64,000 nt of DNA from the IMG/VR virus record IMGVR_UViG_3300043449_002204, positions 13,736 to 77,735 of that record; one strand, given 5' to 3'. The position numbers and the translations under genes are program-made. This DNA comes from a virus. The notes beneath the pieces were generated by a model that saw nothing but the letters and a program-made list of their open reading frames with translations, was not told where the DNA came from and searched no databases. Every line of letters begins with the position of its first letter. The stretch's first letter is position 1. This document shows, in pieces, positions 8,293 through 18,683 of the stretch.

Positions 8293-11262
8293 TTATACTG
8301 AAATATTGGACACACCACAATTTGTGCATCCACTTATTGTCAAATTGGTTAATATAAAGTCATCAATTGCGTCTCCAACATAACACTTATCAATGCTATT
8401 TTTAGTTATAGTAGTACTAGTATTTAATGAAAGTGTGTCTCTATTAGTGTAACTAATCGATGACCACGTTTCGGTTCTACCAGTCGTATATATTATTTTT
8501 TGTTGACAACCCGAATTTGTATTTAATGTAGTTCCTGTTTCAGACACTACAGTATTTGCACTGTAATTAACAGAATTTTTCTTTAATAGTGTATTGTTAT
8601 TAAATGTTGCAGCAGTTGTTGCCGGTGATGATTTAAAGTTACTAGTATGAATTAAATCAAATAATATTACAACCCCATCAGGTAAACTTGGTGTCACGTT
8701 TATTGTTGAAGTAAATTGTCTTGTTGTTACATTTTGTCCACTTCTAGGTGTGGTACTTGTTGTTTGAAGTGACACTTGGTAGATGGTTGGTCTTGCTGGT
8801 GCAATTAAAACTACTGATTGTGTATAAGTGCTTCCTGAAGAATCTTTTATTACCGTATTATACGTACCAGGTCCTAACTTACTAAATAATGGTATACTTT
8901 TAAAAGTTAAACCCCCATCTATTGAATATTGATAAGGTGGGAATCCTCCCGAAGCCCTTAATGTAATGTTCCCGTTATTAATAATTCCGTTATTTTCTGC
9001 GGTTGTAGTGGCACTTCTTGTTGATGAACCTGTTACATTAGAAACACAACTATCCCCTAAAATATCCAAACAATTATTTGTTATGGTTCCACCTCCACTT
9101 GAACCTTGTAATGATTGACATGGTTCTTCGTAAACACCACCACTAACAGTTGTTCCAACCAGTCTACAAATACATGCTCTTGAATTTATTCCAGTACCTC
9201 CCGGTACCGCAATTTGGGCCGGATTACCATCACAATCGGTATAAAACGCAGTACCAGGATAAGATGATATTGTTCTCACCGCAATACATTCACATTGATT
9301 GGGTTCCGCCTCGATTCGTTCTGAATTATCCACAGGAGCATCTGTAAAGGGCACATTACCCGTTGAGGGATTATTAACAACAACTCCTCCAACTACCGGT
9401 TCACTTGTACAACAATTACCCAATAATTGTATAAAAGCAGTTCCCTCTGTTAAGGTAGGAGCGGTTTCGGAACATATTTCTAAAGAATTACCTCTGAAGT
9501 TTGTCCATCCGTAAGCCGCGGCTCTAATAGTTTCTAATAATCCAGTATCACAATTTATTATATTTAAAAACGTTAATGGTACCGTATCTTGGAAATTTGT
9601 TAAACTCCAATTAAAACATCCGCACCCAGCTGCGGGTCCTGAACTTGTTCCAGTATTAGTATTTCCACCCAAATTTGCATTTGCAGTTGTTGTAGGAGTA
9701 CAATTACCGTTATATACAACTATATAATCACCAGGTTGTGAGCCAGGTTGTTGCCATCCTGAAATAGGTGGAACTGCCGGATTTGTATTAATTACATTAT
9801 AATAATAAGGATTAGTAGTAAAATTAACAGTCCATCTATTGTAAGTTGAATTCCAAGATAAAATATATGACCCATTAGATGATTGCCATGATGGTTGACC
9901 ATTTACCATTCCACTATAAAATAATGTTACAGTATTTTGTCTGACCTCATTACCTTCTTTACTTTGGGAATATGTTAGACATAAATTACCGTAAGAGGGG
10001 CATTCTCCCAAATTACCAGTAACATTACCATCCAAAATTTGTGTATTTGTAAATACCCAATCATCTATTGGTGGTATTGCAATATTGTAATTTTCAATTT
10101 TTCCTCCCACAACCGGTCCTCCAATTACCCACCCATTTGGTAAAATTGAAGTGCTCCAATTTATATTGTAAGCACCTCCAACATATTGAGGCATACTATT
10201 AATAATAACTCCAGAATAAGTGAAATATTGTTGTATTGTTTGAGTTGGAGTACCAACTGACATAGTTAAACAAAATGATGGGTAATTTTCATCGGGAGTT
10301 GGTGTTATTGTCGGTGTAACAGTTGGTGTATTTGTTATTCTTGTTTCTGTAGGTATTGGAGTTGGAGCAGTTAATGTACATTGGGTATATGCCGTAAAAT
10401 CACCATAAAAATCTACTACAGTAGAGCTATAAGTTCCAACCCCTAAGTTAGTTAAAAACATACCGTTGCCTCCCGTACTCCATGTTATTGAATATGGGGG
10501 TGTTCCTCCTGTAATTATCAAAGATAGAGTACCATCAGGAATTGTAGTTAAAGTAGGATTAGTACCCGTACACTGTACTCCCATCGGGAATATCACGATT
10601 GGGTCACATTCATTTCTTTTTAAGATATTATCACCACATCTTGTATCTGAACTATAGTAAATGGTTGGTGTTGGAGTTGGAGTTACATAACATCCTTTAG
10701 TTGATGCAGTACATGATGTACAGTTTTGATAATTTTCATAGGTATATGGTATATCTTGATAGAGTATGATACCACTAGGTAATCCTACTGAACTTACAAC
10801 TGTAGTACAGGCAGAAACAGAACCAATACCAACATAATAAATTCCACCTAACTGAAAAATATTTGATTCAGTTAAAATTCCAAAATAATCATCTTCGGGT
10901 CTATCTTGTTGTGGACAACAGTATTTAAAATATACATATTCTTGTTGTACAGGACATGGGTGAGCATCTAAACATCCAGAAGTCGTAGGATAAATACCCG
11001 ATATTGGGTTCAAACTAAAACTTGTGTACACCGGATATACCGGGGTCGTACCTGAGGATATAAATTTAAAACATCCTGATATTTCTGATGGAGTTCCATT
11101 GCAGTTTGTAACACAATTTGTTATTTGAGTAAAATAAAAAGAATAACCTATAGAACTAGGTGCGAGACTTATGTTACCTTGAGCACCTGAAACTCCAATA
11201 TAATTAGAATTAACACATTCTGCTGAAAAATTATAATATATTGTTGGTGTGGGTATTGCCAT
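8293..11262 (-). CDS. Cys-rich mosaic fibre/adhesin protein with two SprB-like repeats and TP linkers
   Basis: SprB-like motifs DGTLSLIITGGTPPYSITW..NLGVGTYSSTVVD and NGNITLRASGGFPPYQYSIDGG..LGPGTYNTVIKDSSG. Two PPIxxW-ending repeats and many Cys pairs. Confidence 0.65.
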   Translation of the reverse strand: MAIPTPTIYYNFSAECVNSNYIGVSGAQGNISLAPSSIGYSFYFTQITNCVTNCNGTPSEISGCFKFISSGTTPVYPVYTSFSLNPISGIYPTTSGCLDAHPCPVQQEYVYFKYCCPQQDRPEDDYFGILTESNIFQLGGIYYVGIGSVSACTTVVSSVGLPSGIILYQDIPYTYENYQNCTSCTASTKGCYVTPTPTPTIYYSSDTRCGDNILKRNECDPIVIFPMGVQCTGTNPTLTTIPDGTLSLIITGGTPPYSITWSTGGNGMFLTNLGVGTYSSTVVDFYGDFTAYTQCTLTAPTPIPTETRITNTPTVTPTITPTPDENYPSFCLTMSVGTPTQTIQQYFTYSGVIINSMPQYVGGAYNINWSTSILPNGWVIGGPVVGGKIENYNIAIPPIDDWVFTNTQILDGNVTGNLGECPSYGNLCLTYSQSKEGNEVRQNTVTLFYSGMVNGQPSWQSSNGSYILSWNSTYNRWTVNFTTNPYYYNVINTNPAVPPISGWQQPGSQPGDYIVVYNGNCTPTTTANANLGGNTNTGTSSGPAAGCGCFNWSLTNFQDTVPLTFLNIINCDTGLLETIRAAAYGWTNFRGNSLEICSETAPTLTEGTAFIQLLGNCCTSEPVVGGVVVNNPSTGNVPFTDAPVDNSERIEAEPNQCECIAVRTISSYPGTAFYTDCDGNPAQIAVPGGTGINSRACICRLVGTTVSGGVYEEPCQSLQGSSGGGTITNNCLDILGDSCVSNVTGSSTRSATTTAENNGIINNGNITLRASGGFPPYQYSIDGGLTFKSIPLFSKLGPGTYNTVIKDSSGSTYTQSVVLIAPARPTIYQVSLQTTSTTPRSGQNVTTRQFTSTINVTPSLPDGVVILFDLIHTSNFKSSPATTAATFNNNTLLKKNSVNYSANTVVSETGTTLNTNSGCQQKIIYTTGRTETWSSISYTNRDTLSLNTSTTITKNSIDKCYVGDAIDDFILTNLTISGCTNCGVSNISV

Positions 11263-11274
11263 TTTTTTATTTTA

Positions 11275-14200
11275 TTATATTTGATTTATACAACCCATGT
11301 TTAAATCCCCTCCTCCACCAACTGGTGTTGCAACATATATAATGATATCAACATACGTTGGTGATGATAATGTTTTTGTGAATTGTAATTGGATATCAGT
11401 ACTACATGCCTTAGCAGCTGGTGAAGGATAATTAGGTACAACACCTAATTGATTACCAACTGAACCAAAAAGTCTTTGCGGGGTTAAAGGAGCCACATCG
11501 TTAGCGGTGAAGTTTAATTCTATCAATCCATTAGTAGTCCAGTTATTATTAGGGAACGCTGTTGTTGCATTTCCGGTTCCAGGTGTATAAATAAAACTAT
11601 TCCACTGAGTAAATCCAATTATTTGATTAATTGATGCGTCTAAAGCCGCTTGTGTTTCATCACCAGTTAAGAATAATGAATCTGCAACTATATTATTGTT
11701 CCAAACTATTTGATATCTAGTGTTAATGCCTCCATTTATTGTTAATAATGCGTTACCAGTTCCAGAACCTAATTCTACTCTTTGTGTGAAATACCCTCCT
11801 ACTTCAGGTGTAGAAATGTTTACATAATTAGTACTGTCATCAATTCCGCATGGTAAGTTTGGCAGTTCAAATACAGGTTCAAAACAAGTATTAACTTGAT
11901 ATAAACTTAAAACTATTGATGCACCTCCTATTGAGCCAAACGGAATAACACCAAACGGTGATGATAAGGTAATCTGATAAATATTAGCCGAAGAATCAAC
12001 CAAATATACTAAACCACTAAACACTTCGGGGTTGAAGAATAATCCTGATGGGGTACCAACAACAACAGGAGTTAAATTAAAAATATAGAAGGTCGTATAA
12101 TCAACCGAATTTACTAACTTTAAATAATATTCAACGAATGGGGCATTCAAAGTATTTTGAATTAAAACATACAATGTTCCGTTATTGTCATTAACAATAC
12201 TTCCAATAACCTCATCAAATAAGCTCAAATAAGACTTATTTGTTATCACCGGTGTTAGTGTTGAAATGTCAATTTCAACAAACCTATGTGGTGTTACTTC
12301 AGTATTTGTTGTTATAAGTACGTTACCTGTTTTGACTCCAATCGCGGCTCCGATTGCAAAATTTAAATTATAAACTCTATTAAATACTGCGGTAAATGGG
12401 TTCAAAGTTATACTCCATTCTCTAATTGTTGTTGACCCTGCCGATGTTGTATAACCCCACATTTTATCATTAGTAAATGCAATACTTAAAGAATCAAAAT
12501 TATAACCATCAACACTAAGTACCGTACTAGTATCGGATGAATAAACGTAATTATACATCTGCAGGGATGAATCTATGTAAATCATATCACAACTATTAAA
12601 TGATGGTCCAGGTATAGGTTCAATCTTACAAACACAAGAAATATCATAAGATATTTTAAAATCAACTCTAATTTCTGCGTTACTTAATGATAATGCTTGG
12701 TCATTACAACTACTCTGAACTGTTATACTATTTTCGGTTGGGTTAATTATAACATTACCAATAACTGAAAATGATTCTAACATGGATTCTATGGTGTCAA
12801 ACCAAAGATTATCCGAAGGGTAATTACCCAAACTATTTGTTGTATAAAATTCTTGTTCTACCTCATTACCATCTACCGTAACTACTGCAGTAAATATAGC
12901 TTCATTTAAAATACAGTTAGTCTCACCTGATGTTAAATCATAAAAACCCTCCAAAAACATTTGTTGAGGTTTTTTAAGTATTGTTAAACCTTCTGAAATA
13001 AATTCAGATTGACAATAGTTATAAATCTCATATCCTCCCTTATTATTATATCCTAATAATGTTATTTCTCTACCTAATTGACATCCGTTTGCATCAGTTA
13101 CTAAAACGGTATAAGTTCCGGCAGATAAATTAGTTAAATTAGTACCTGTTTGGCCATTAACATTACTACTCCACATAATTTCATAAGGAGCAGGCCCTTC
13201 AGTAATATAAAGTTGTATAGTACCATTATTAAAACCTGTTAAATTTGTTCCAACTAATGAAAAATCAACACTGTCAGTCGCATTAACAGTCACCGTTTGT
13301 ATTTGAGAACAAGATTGAGCATCTGTAACCGTAACTTGATAAATCCCTGCAAATAAATTATTAAACGTAACAGCAGTTTGAGTTGTGTTACTAATCGTTG
13401 GTTGTCCTGTAACTTGGTATGTAACAGGGTATGTGGCCCCGCTAGAGATTCTTAATGAGATTGACCCATTACTTCCTTGACAGGTTGTTCCTGTTGTTGA
13501 AGTGGTTAATGTATATTTTTCAATATTATTAATCGTATATGTATTTGTAAAAATACAAGGTCCATTGGCTATTGTTAGGGTATAGGTACCGGCGGATAAC
13601 CCTTGGAATTGATTTGAAAAACCGTTAACCGTCTGTTGTATTGAGTTACCTGAAGGGTATGTTAGAGTATAAACAAATGGGGGTGAACCGCCTAATAAAG
13701 TTATCGGACTTAAAGCCCCTGATGAATTATTACAGGTAGAATTTACAACACCAACATTAAGAATTGTAAAACCATTAGGAGGTGTTAAAGCCTGTGATAC
13801 TGTTGCAGTACATAATGCCGCATCGGTTACTGTTATTATATAATTATTTGAAGATAGGCCAGTTAGTGTAAATGTTTCACTAAATGTAATAAGGCTTTGT
13901 CCATTACTTCCTTGGTAGTAGTATGGTGCGGTTCCTCCAGTAACCACTACCGTAATTTGTCCATCGGCACCAAAGCAACTTGGCGTTACAGTAATAACTT
14001 CCGCAAATCCAACCTGTGGTACAGTTCCAACTATAACATTTTTAGATACTTGACATCCTGTTGAATCTATAACCGTAACTGAGTAAATTCCACTAGTTAA
14101 TCCAGATATTGATGACTGCAAACTCCCTGTATTCCAAGAATAACTATACGGTGCATAACCTGTTAATCCTGTTATAAATACCTTACCAGCTCCATTTGTA

Positions 14201-14772
14201 CACGTAGAATCATCAACAACATAGAATCCATAATCAAATTGTGTTGAGGGTTTAATAATACAACTTTCAGACCTACCCGTACACCCTCCGCCATCATTTA
14301 CCGTAACATAATACGTCCCCGCAGATAAGTTATTAAACACAAAATCATCCTGAGTTGACGAACCCGAATTTATTAATCCTCTTGTAGTTTCATATAAGAA
14401 AAAATCAGTACTCTGTAAATTATTATCAGTTCTAGCGGTTAACGAACCGTTCGCCAAACCACATGTTGTGTTTATATGACTAGGTAATGACACACAAACT
14501 CCATCAGATATGATAACATTAACAACACTCTGTAAAGGTGTGGCACAACTATCAAAAAGAATAAATGTATATGTATTAGGTGTTAAATTTGTTCTTGTAA
14601 ACGCAGTGACACCGGCACCCAACGCAACCGGAATTGGGTCGTCAAATGGTGATAAAAATTGATAATAATATGGTGGGGTGGTTCCGCTAATATTAATAGT
14701 AAAAGCACCCAATCCACTATTGGTACAATCACCACTTATCGATAAACCATATCTTAAAGAACAAACTGCCAT
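11275..14772 (-). CDS. SprB-repeat adhesin-like virion protein with a distal propeller-like domain
   Basis: Seven repeats of C-x3-G-x-I..GGxxPYxY..LxxGxYxVTVxDxxGC at the N-terminus. A domain at ~11876-12600 is homologous to the repeats of ORF 3..2687. Confidence 0.75.
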   Translation of the reverse strand: MAVCSLRYGLSISGDCTNSGLGAFTINISGTTPPYYYQFLSPFDDPIPVALGAGVTAFTRTNLTPNTYTFILFDSCATPLQSVVNVIISDGVCVSLPSHINTTCGLANGSLTARTDNNLQSTDFFLYETTRGLINSGSSTQDDFVFNNLSAGTYYVTVNDGGGCTGRSESCIIKPSTQFDYGFYVVDDSTCTNGAGKVFITGLTGYAPYSYSWNTGSLQSSISGLTSGIYSVTVIDSTGCQVSKNVIVGTVPQVGFAEVITVTPSCFGADGQITVVVTGGTAPYYYQGSNGQSLITFSETFTLTGLSSNNYIITVTDAALCTATVSQALTPPNGFTILNVGVVNSTCNNSSGALSPITLLGGSPPFVYTLTYPSGNSIQQTVNGFSNQFQGLSAGTYTLTIANGPCIFTNTYTINNIEKYTLTTSTTGTTCQGSNGSISLRISSGATYPVTYQVTGQPTISNTTQTAVTFNNLFAGIYQVTVTDAQSCSQIQTVTVNATDSVDFSLVGTNLTGFNNGTIQLYITEGPAPYEIMWSSNVNGQTGTNLTNLSAGTYTVLVTDANGCQLGREITLLGYNNKGGYEIYNYCQSEFISEGLTILKKPQQMFLEGFYDLTSGETNCILNEAIFTAVVTVDGNEVEQEFYTTNSLGNYPSDNLWFDTIESMLESFSVIGNVIINPTENSITVQSSCNDQALSLSNAEIRVDFKISYDISCVCKIEPIPGPSFNSCDMIYIDSSLQMYNYVYSSDTSTVLSVDGYNFDSLSIAFTNDKMWGYTTSAGSTTIREWSITLNPFTAVFNRVYNLNFAIGAAIGVKTGNVLITTNTEVTPHRFVEIDISTLTPVITNKSYLSLFDEVIGSIVNDNNGTLYVLIQNTLNAPFVEYYLKLVNSVDYTTFYIFNLTPVVVGTPSGLFFNPEVFSGLVYLVDSSANIYQITLSSPFGVIPFGSIGGASIVLSLYQVNTCFEPVFELPNLPCGIDDSTNYVNISTPEVGGYFTQRVELGSGTGNALLTINGGINTRYQIVWNNNIVADSLFLTGDETQAALDASINQIIGFTQWNSFIYTPGTGNATTAFPNNNWTTNGLIELNFTANDVAPLTPQRLFGSVGNQLGVVPNYPSPAAKACSTDIQLQFTKTLSSPTYVDIIIYVATPVGGGGDLNMGCINQI

Positions 14773-17700
14773 TAACTACAACTTATAGTAAAATCAATAC
14801 CAACGTTTATTTCAAATATTATCCCACTACTATTTAAGGAACATACATTGTTTATTACAACAACTTTATCGTCATCTGTTAAATAGTAACCATATCCATA
14901 ATTAGATAAAGATAACATAGCTTCATTTATTGCATTGTACCATTCAGAGTTAGATGGATAGCTTAAACCATCTAAATTATAACCAACACCAGTGTAAAAT
15001 GGATATTGGATTAATAAAAGTCCGTTTAATCTAATATCCACATACCAAGTAGAATTTATACTATCCGAAATACAAGTATTAAAACTTAAATTATTATCAC
15101 TTAAATACTTATTAACCAAATTTCCTAAAATAGCCGCAAAACTTTGTATTGTCGATGTTGGACTCCAAGGATATAAATTACAGGTGGCTGTTTGAACAGG
15201 GCAATCATCACTAAATATATTATCAGTTACCGTACAAGGTTTACAAGGTACCGCAACTAATTGACAACCAGCTTGTCGTCTCCAAACATATTTCTGTCTG
15301 TGGAAAATTGAGTTTTCATATTTGACGCCAGTGTTCCACAATGTAGTTGCTGGTATCATTTGCTCAACTAATCTAATCCAATAATCACCCATACCCTGAA
15401 CATACTCCATCATACTTTGATAGTTGTAATTATTGTTAGATATTCCAGCGATTTCTTCGGATTGTAGATATCTCCAGTAAATTGATTCTAAGGTTGGGTA
15501 GGACCCAAAGTATTGTCTGTTTCTAACATTGATTGTATTTTGCCAAAATGTTTGAGCAAACTCAAAAAATGTTTTTTGTCTAGGTTGTGGATTAATCTCA
15601 GTCCAGTCAACTCCATCTCTACTTGGATACATTGAATAAGGGTCCGGATTACATCTTGTGGGTTGTACCCAATTTAATCCTTGGTTTGGTATAGGATAAT
15701 TATACTGACGAGACATCTCCCAGACATCGTATAATAAACCTTGACCCGGATTCATAAATAAATCAATATTCTTGGCATTAAGTACTAATTTTTCATTGTC
15801 CGCATAATAACGGGCATTAAAATTACCATCCAAGTTTTCTCTTAATCCAATCTCCGTATCTGTCCAACTTTTGTTATTATCAGGTGTTTGAGTTAATTTG
15901 AATCCCATATCCATGTACGGGAATTTTCTATACCTATCCAAATAAATTTGACCGTATGTGTAAGGTATCAAACTAGTTTGATAATTTGGATTACTACCTG
16001 TAAAAACACTTGTATTTAAATTAGGTTGAGCCGGTGACCTATGTTTTGGTGTTGATTCAAACCAACCACTACCTATTTGGAAGAAATAATTTTCGGTGTC
16101 GTCAGGTGAAACAGGATACCCTTCATCGTCAACTGGGTAGGCTCCAGCACCAATATTAACATCATCAATTATAAAATTAGTTGTAAACCCTGTGTATTGT
16201 ACACCAAATATGGAAAATATATCAGTTGGGTCTAATACCGCCGATGATTCTAAATACGTACCACCTGATATATTAGCAAACTTTGTATTAAACTGACTTA
16301 ACTTAATTTTTTGGTCTGCAACATACACATATTCATTAAAGTCAACCAAAGCATCAGGCGCTCCAATTAATCTCATTAATACCTCAATCGCCTTTCTAGT
16401 CCCTTTAGATTTGAATAAAAAGGCGGCATTTAAACATAAATTCCTATAGTATTGATAATTTAATTGGTCCGGTGTTTGTTGTGTTGCAACACCCGTAAAG
16501 TTTGATTGGTCTGAATTTTTTTGTCCGAAAACAGAATCTAAAAATCCTGATTCTGTTATTGGTGATATATCTGTATTAAATCCTAGTGTTTGGGCTAAAT
16601 TCTTTAAAAGTTGTGATGGTATATCGTTTCCGATGTTATAGTTAACGGAATTCATAAAACCAAGTGCCGTAATATATTTCTTGGTTTCATCAAAACTCCT
16701 ACCGTATATCTGTAAAATTTTTTCAACTTTGTGGCTATCCGTGTCAAAATCTTTAAATGCACCAGTAACCAAAAATCTACTTACCAAATTAGTTAGATAC
16801 CCATCAAAATTACTACTCGCTTCGCCAATAGTTTCTATGTAGTTTGTGAAGTTAGGAGTTCTAATATCTAAATTCCATTTACCATCTAAAGTCCATGTTA
16901 TATTCTGTGTTGCAACATAAAATCTTCCGTCATTTGCTTCGAGCGGTACTTTAAAGGCTGCGGTATAAATAGGACTAATGTTTCTATTTAATAAAAAGTT
17001 TTCTACCTCATCTAAATCTTCGTTAAATACTTTTTCAACTTGTTGGTCATTTGGTCGAATAATTAAAGAACTAAATGTTTCGGTTAAACCAGTAAATGGT
17101 TCTCCCTCTACATAAACTTTTAATACACCTGTGGATAAACTATCTGTAGGTATTATTCTTTTAACGTTATACCCAACTCCGTTAACATATAGTGAATAAT
17201 TCGCATATTCAACTGTCATATTTCTCAACTGTGAAACCTGCATTTCTTTTAATTGCAAATTTCTGGTAGCGTTTACGGTAAAATCAACCCCAAATGGGTT
17301 TCTCATTTTAGGAATTGATATTTCAAAACTTGTTTGATTATCAATTGGGTAATAAACTATATTATATGCGGTCGCACTATCCGTATAATCTAACCCTAAT
17401 TTAGTAACTTCAATAGCCGCAGGAAACTTACTGATAATTGTTGTAATCGATGTTGACATTCTTTTTGACATCGAACCATACTGAACAAAATTAGTAATCT
17501 GAGATAAATCAAAATTTGGATATACTTTAAAATTATTTTCAAAAATTAATTTTGATTGGTCTACCGAACCTACACCTAACGAATCTAAACTTATCGGGTC
17601 TGAAAAAGTACCAGTATTAAAAGTTCTATTAACCTTTTCAACAACACCTGTGGTAAATTCAAAGTTTCCTTGCGTAAGTCCTCCACCCGAGGTTAATTGA

Positions 17701-17774
17701 AACCCTACGAGATTGTCGGAAAAACTACCTTGAGCGGATGCCTGTGGTGGACAAGTAAACTTTTTTATCGCCAT
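14772..17774 (-). CDS. Baseplate wedge protein (P2 gpI / T4 gp7-like)
   Basis: Motifs QLLKNLAQTLGF and FLFKSKGTRKAIEVLMRLIG are typical of gpI/gp7. Lies downstream of gp25 and gp6. Confidence 0.65.
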   Translation of the reverse strand: MAIKKFTCPPQASAQGSFSDNLVGFQLTSGGGLTQGNFEFTTGVVEKVNRTFNTGTFSDPISLDSLGVGSVDQSKLIFENNFKVYPNFDLSQITNFVQYGSMSKRMSTSITTIISKFPAAIEVTKLGLDYTDSATAYNIVYYPIDNQTSFEISIPKMRNPFGVDFTVNATRNLQLKEMQVSQLRNMTVEYANYSLYVNGVGYNVKRIIPTDSLSTGVLKVYVEGEPFTGLTETFSSLIIRPNDQQVEKVFNEDLDEVENFLLNRNISPIYTAAFKVPLEANDGRFYVATQNITWTLDGKWNLDIRTPNFTNYIETIGEASSNFDGYLTNLVSRFLVTGAFKDFDTDSHKVEKILQIYGRSFDETKKYITALGFMNSVNYNIGNDIPSQLLKNLAQTLGFNTDISPITESGFLDSVFGQKNSDQSNFTGVATQQTPDQLNYQYYRNLCLNAAFLFKSKGTRKAIEVLMRLIGAPDALVDFNEYVYVADQKIKLSQFNTKFANISGGTYLESSAVLDPTDIFSIFGVQYTGFTTNFIIDDVNIGAGAYPVDDEGYPVSPDDTENYFFQIGSGWFESTPKHRSPAQPNLNTSVFTGSNPNYQTSLIPYTYGQIYLDRYRKFPYMDMGFKLTQTPDNNKSWTDTEIGLRENLDGNFNARYYADNEKLVLNAKNIDLFMNPGQGLLYDVWEMSRQYNYPIPNQGLNWVQPTRCNPDPYSMYPSRDGVDWTEINPQPRQKTFFEFAQTFWQNTINVRNRQYFGSYPTLESIYWRYLQSEEIAGISNNNYNYQSMMEYVQGMGDYWIRLVEQMIPATTLWNTGVKYENSIFHRQKYVWRRQAGCQLVAVPCKPCTVTDNIFSDDCPVQTATCNLYPWSPTSTIQSFAAILGNLVNKYLSDNNLSFNTCISDSINSTWYVDIRLNGLLLIQYPFYTGVGYNLDGLSYPSNSEWYNAINEAMLSLSNYGYGYYLTDDDKVVVINNVCSLNSSGIIFEINVGIDFTISCS

Positions 17775-18682
17775 TAAGATGTTATATTTGAGAAGTTTTT
17801 ACTAAAATCAATATTATTACCTCTATCTTCCCTAACCTCAAACAACAACTCATTGAATTGGTCTCTAACTTCATATAAGTTGTATTGTTTGTAGATGTTA
17901 TTGGATGTGTCATACATTGTGTATATACCATCATCGATAGATTTAGTTTGATTACCAAATAGAGCAATTGCAAGTGTTGAAAAGTCGTGTTCAGCAACTT
18001 CAACATCTAAGGTAATCGGATTAAAAAATGTATTTGTTACAATTATGTTTTGATTTGGTTGACCTATATAAGGAACCGCATTTGGTTTGTTGGTTGGTGA
18101 AGATGATGGTGTTAGTGTACAGAATATCAAATTTGTATTCGTGTCTGTATACCTATATCTAATAGCCTTTTGTGATGAGTTTGTAAGATTTTGTATTACA
18201 GGTTCACAAAAGAACGATGAAGTAATAATTCTAAAAAAGTTTGGTATTTTTGTTCCGTCAGAGTTTAAATATTCAACCCTAAATCCAACTAAACCTTGAT
18301 TAACAAATTTGTTTCTATATTGTGAAGGTACAGAATTTAAATCAATTATTAAACCCCTAACATTAGGTAGAGCGGATAAAACACCACAATCTAAAATAGT
18401 AGTCCTTATTTGGACCGGTCTGATATAAATTGTGTATATCCCTATTTTATTAAATGTATCTGAAGGTAGAGTTAGATTATACATACCTCCTAAGACTTCA
18501 ATACCCGAATTACCACCTGTTTCATCATTACAAAAATACGGTTTTAAAATCGCAGCCGAGTCTAATTTAGTTAATGTAAAATTATCTGTGTCGTCTCTCG
18601 AGGGTGTGTAATTTAGTATTATTTCCACATCTTCGGGGCTAACATCTGCTGGTCGTATAGTTCCGTAAGTTCCTGTTGCCAT
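17774..18682 (-). CDS. Hypothetical protein, probably baseplate structural
   Basis: 302-aa beta-rich ORF, translationally coupled within the baseplate operon. Confidence 0.55.
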   Translation of the reverse strand: MATGTYGTIRPADVSPEDVEIILNYTPSRDDTDNFTLTKLDSAAILKPYFCNDETGGNSGIEVLGGMYNLTLPSDTFNKIGIYTIYIRPVQIRTTILDCGVLSALPNVRGLIIDLNSVPSQYRNKFVNQGLVGFRVEYLNSDGTKIPNFFRIITSSFFCEPVIQNLTNSSQKAIRYRYTDTNTNLIFCTLTPSSSPTNKPNAVPYIGQPNQNIIVTNTFFNPITLDVEVAEHDFSTLAIALFGNQTKSIDDGIYTMYDTSNNIYKQYNLYEVRDQFNELLFEVREDRGNNIDFSKNFSNITS

Positions 18683-18683
18683 A

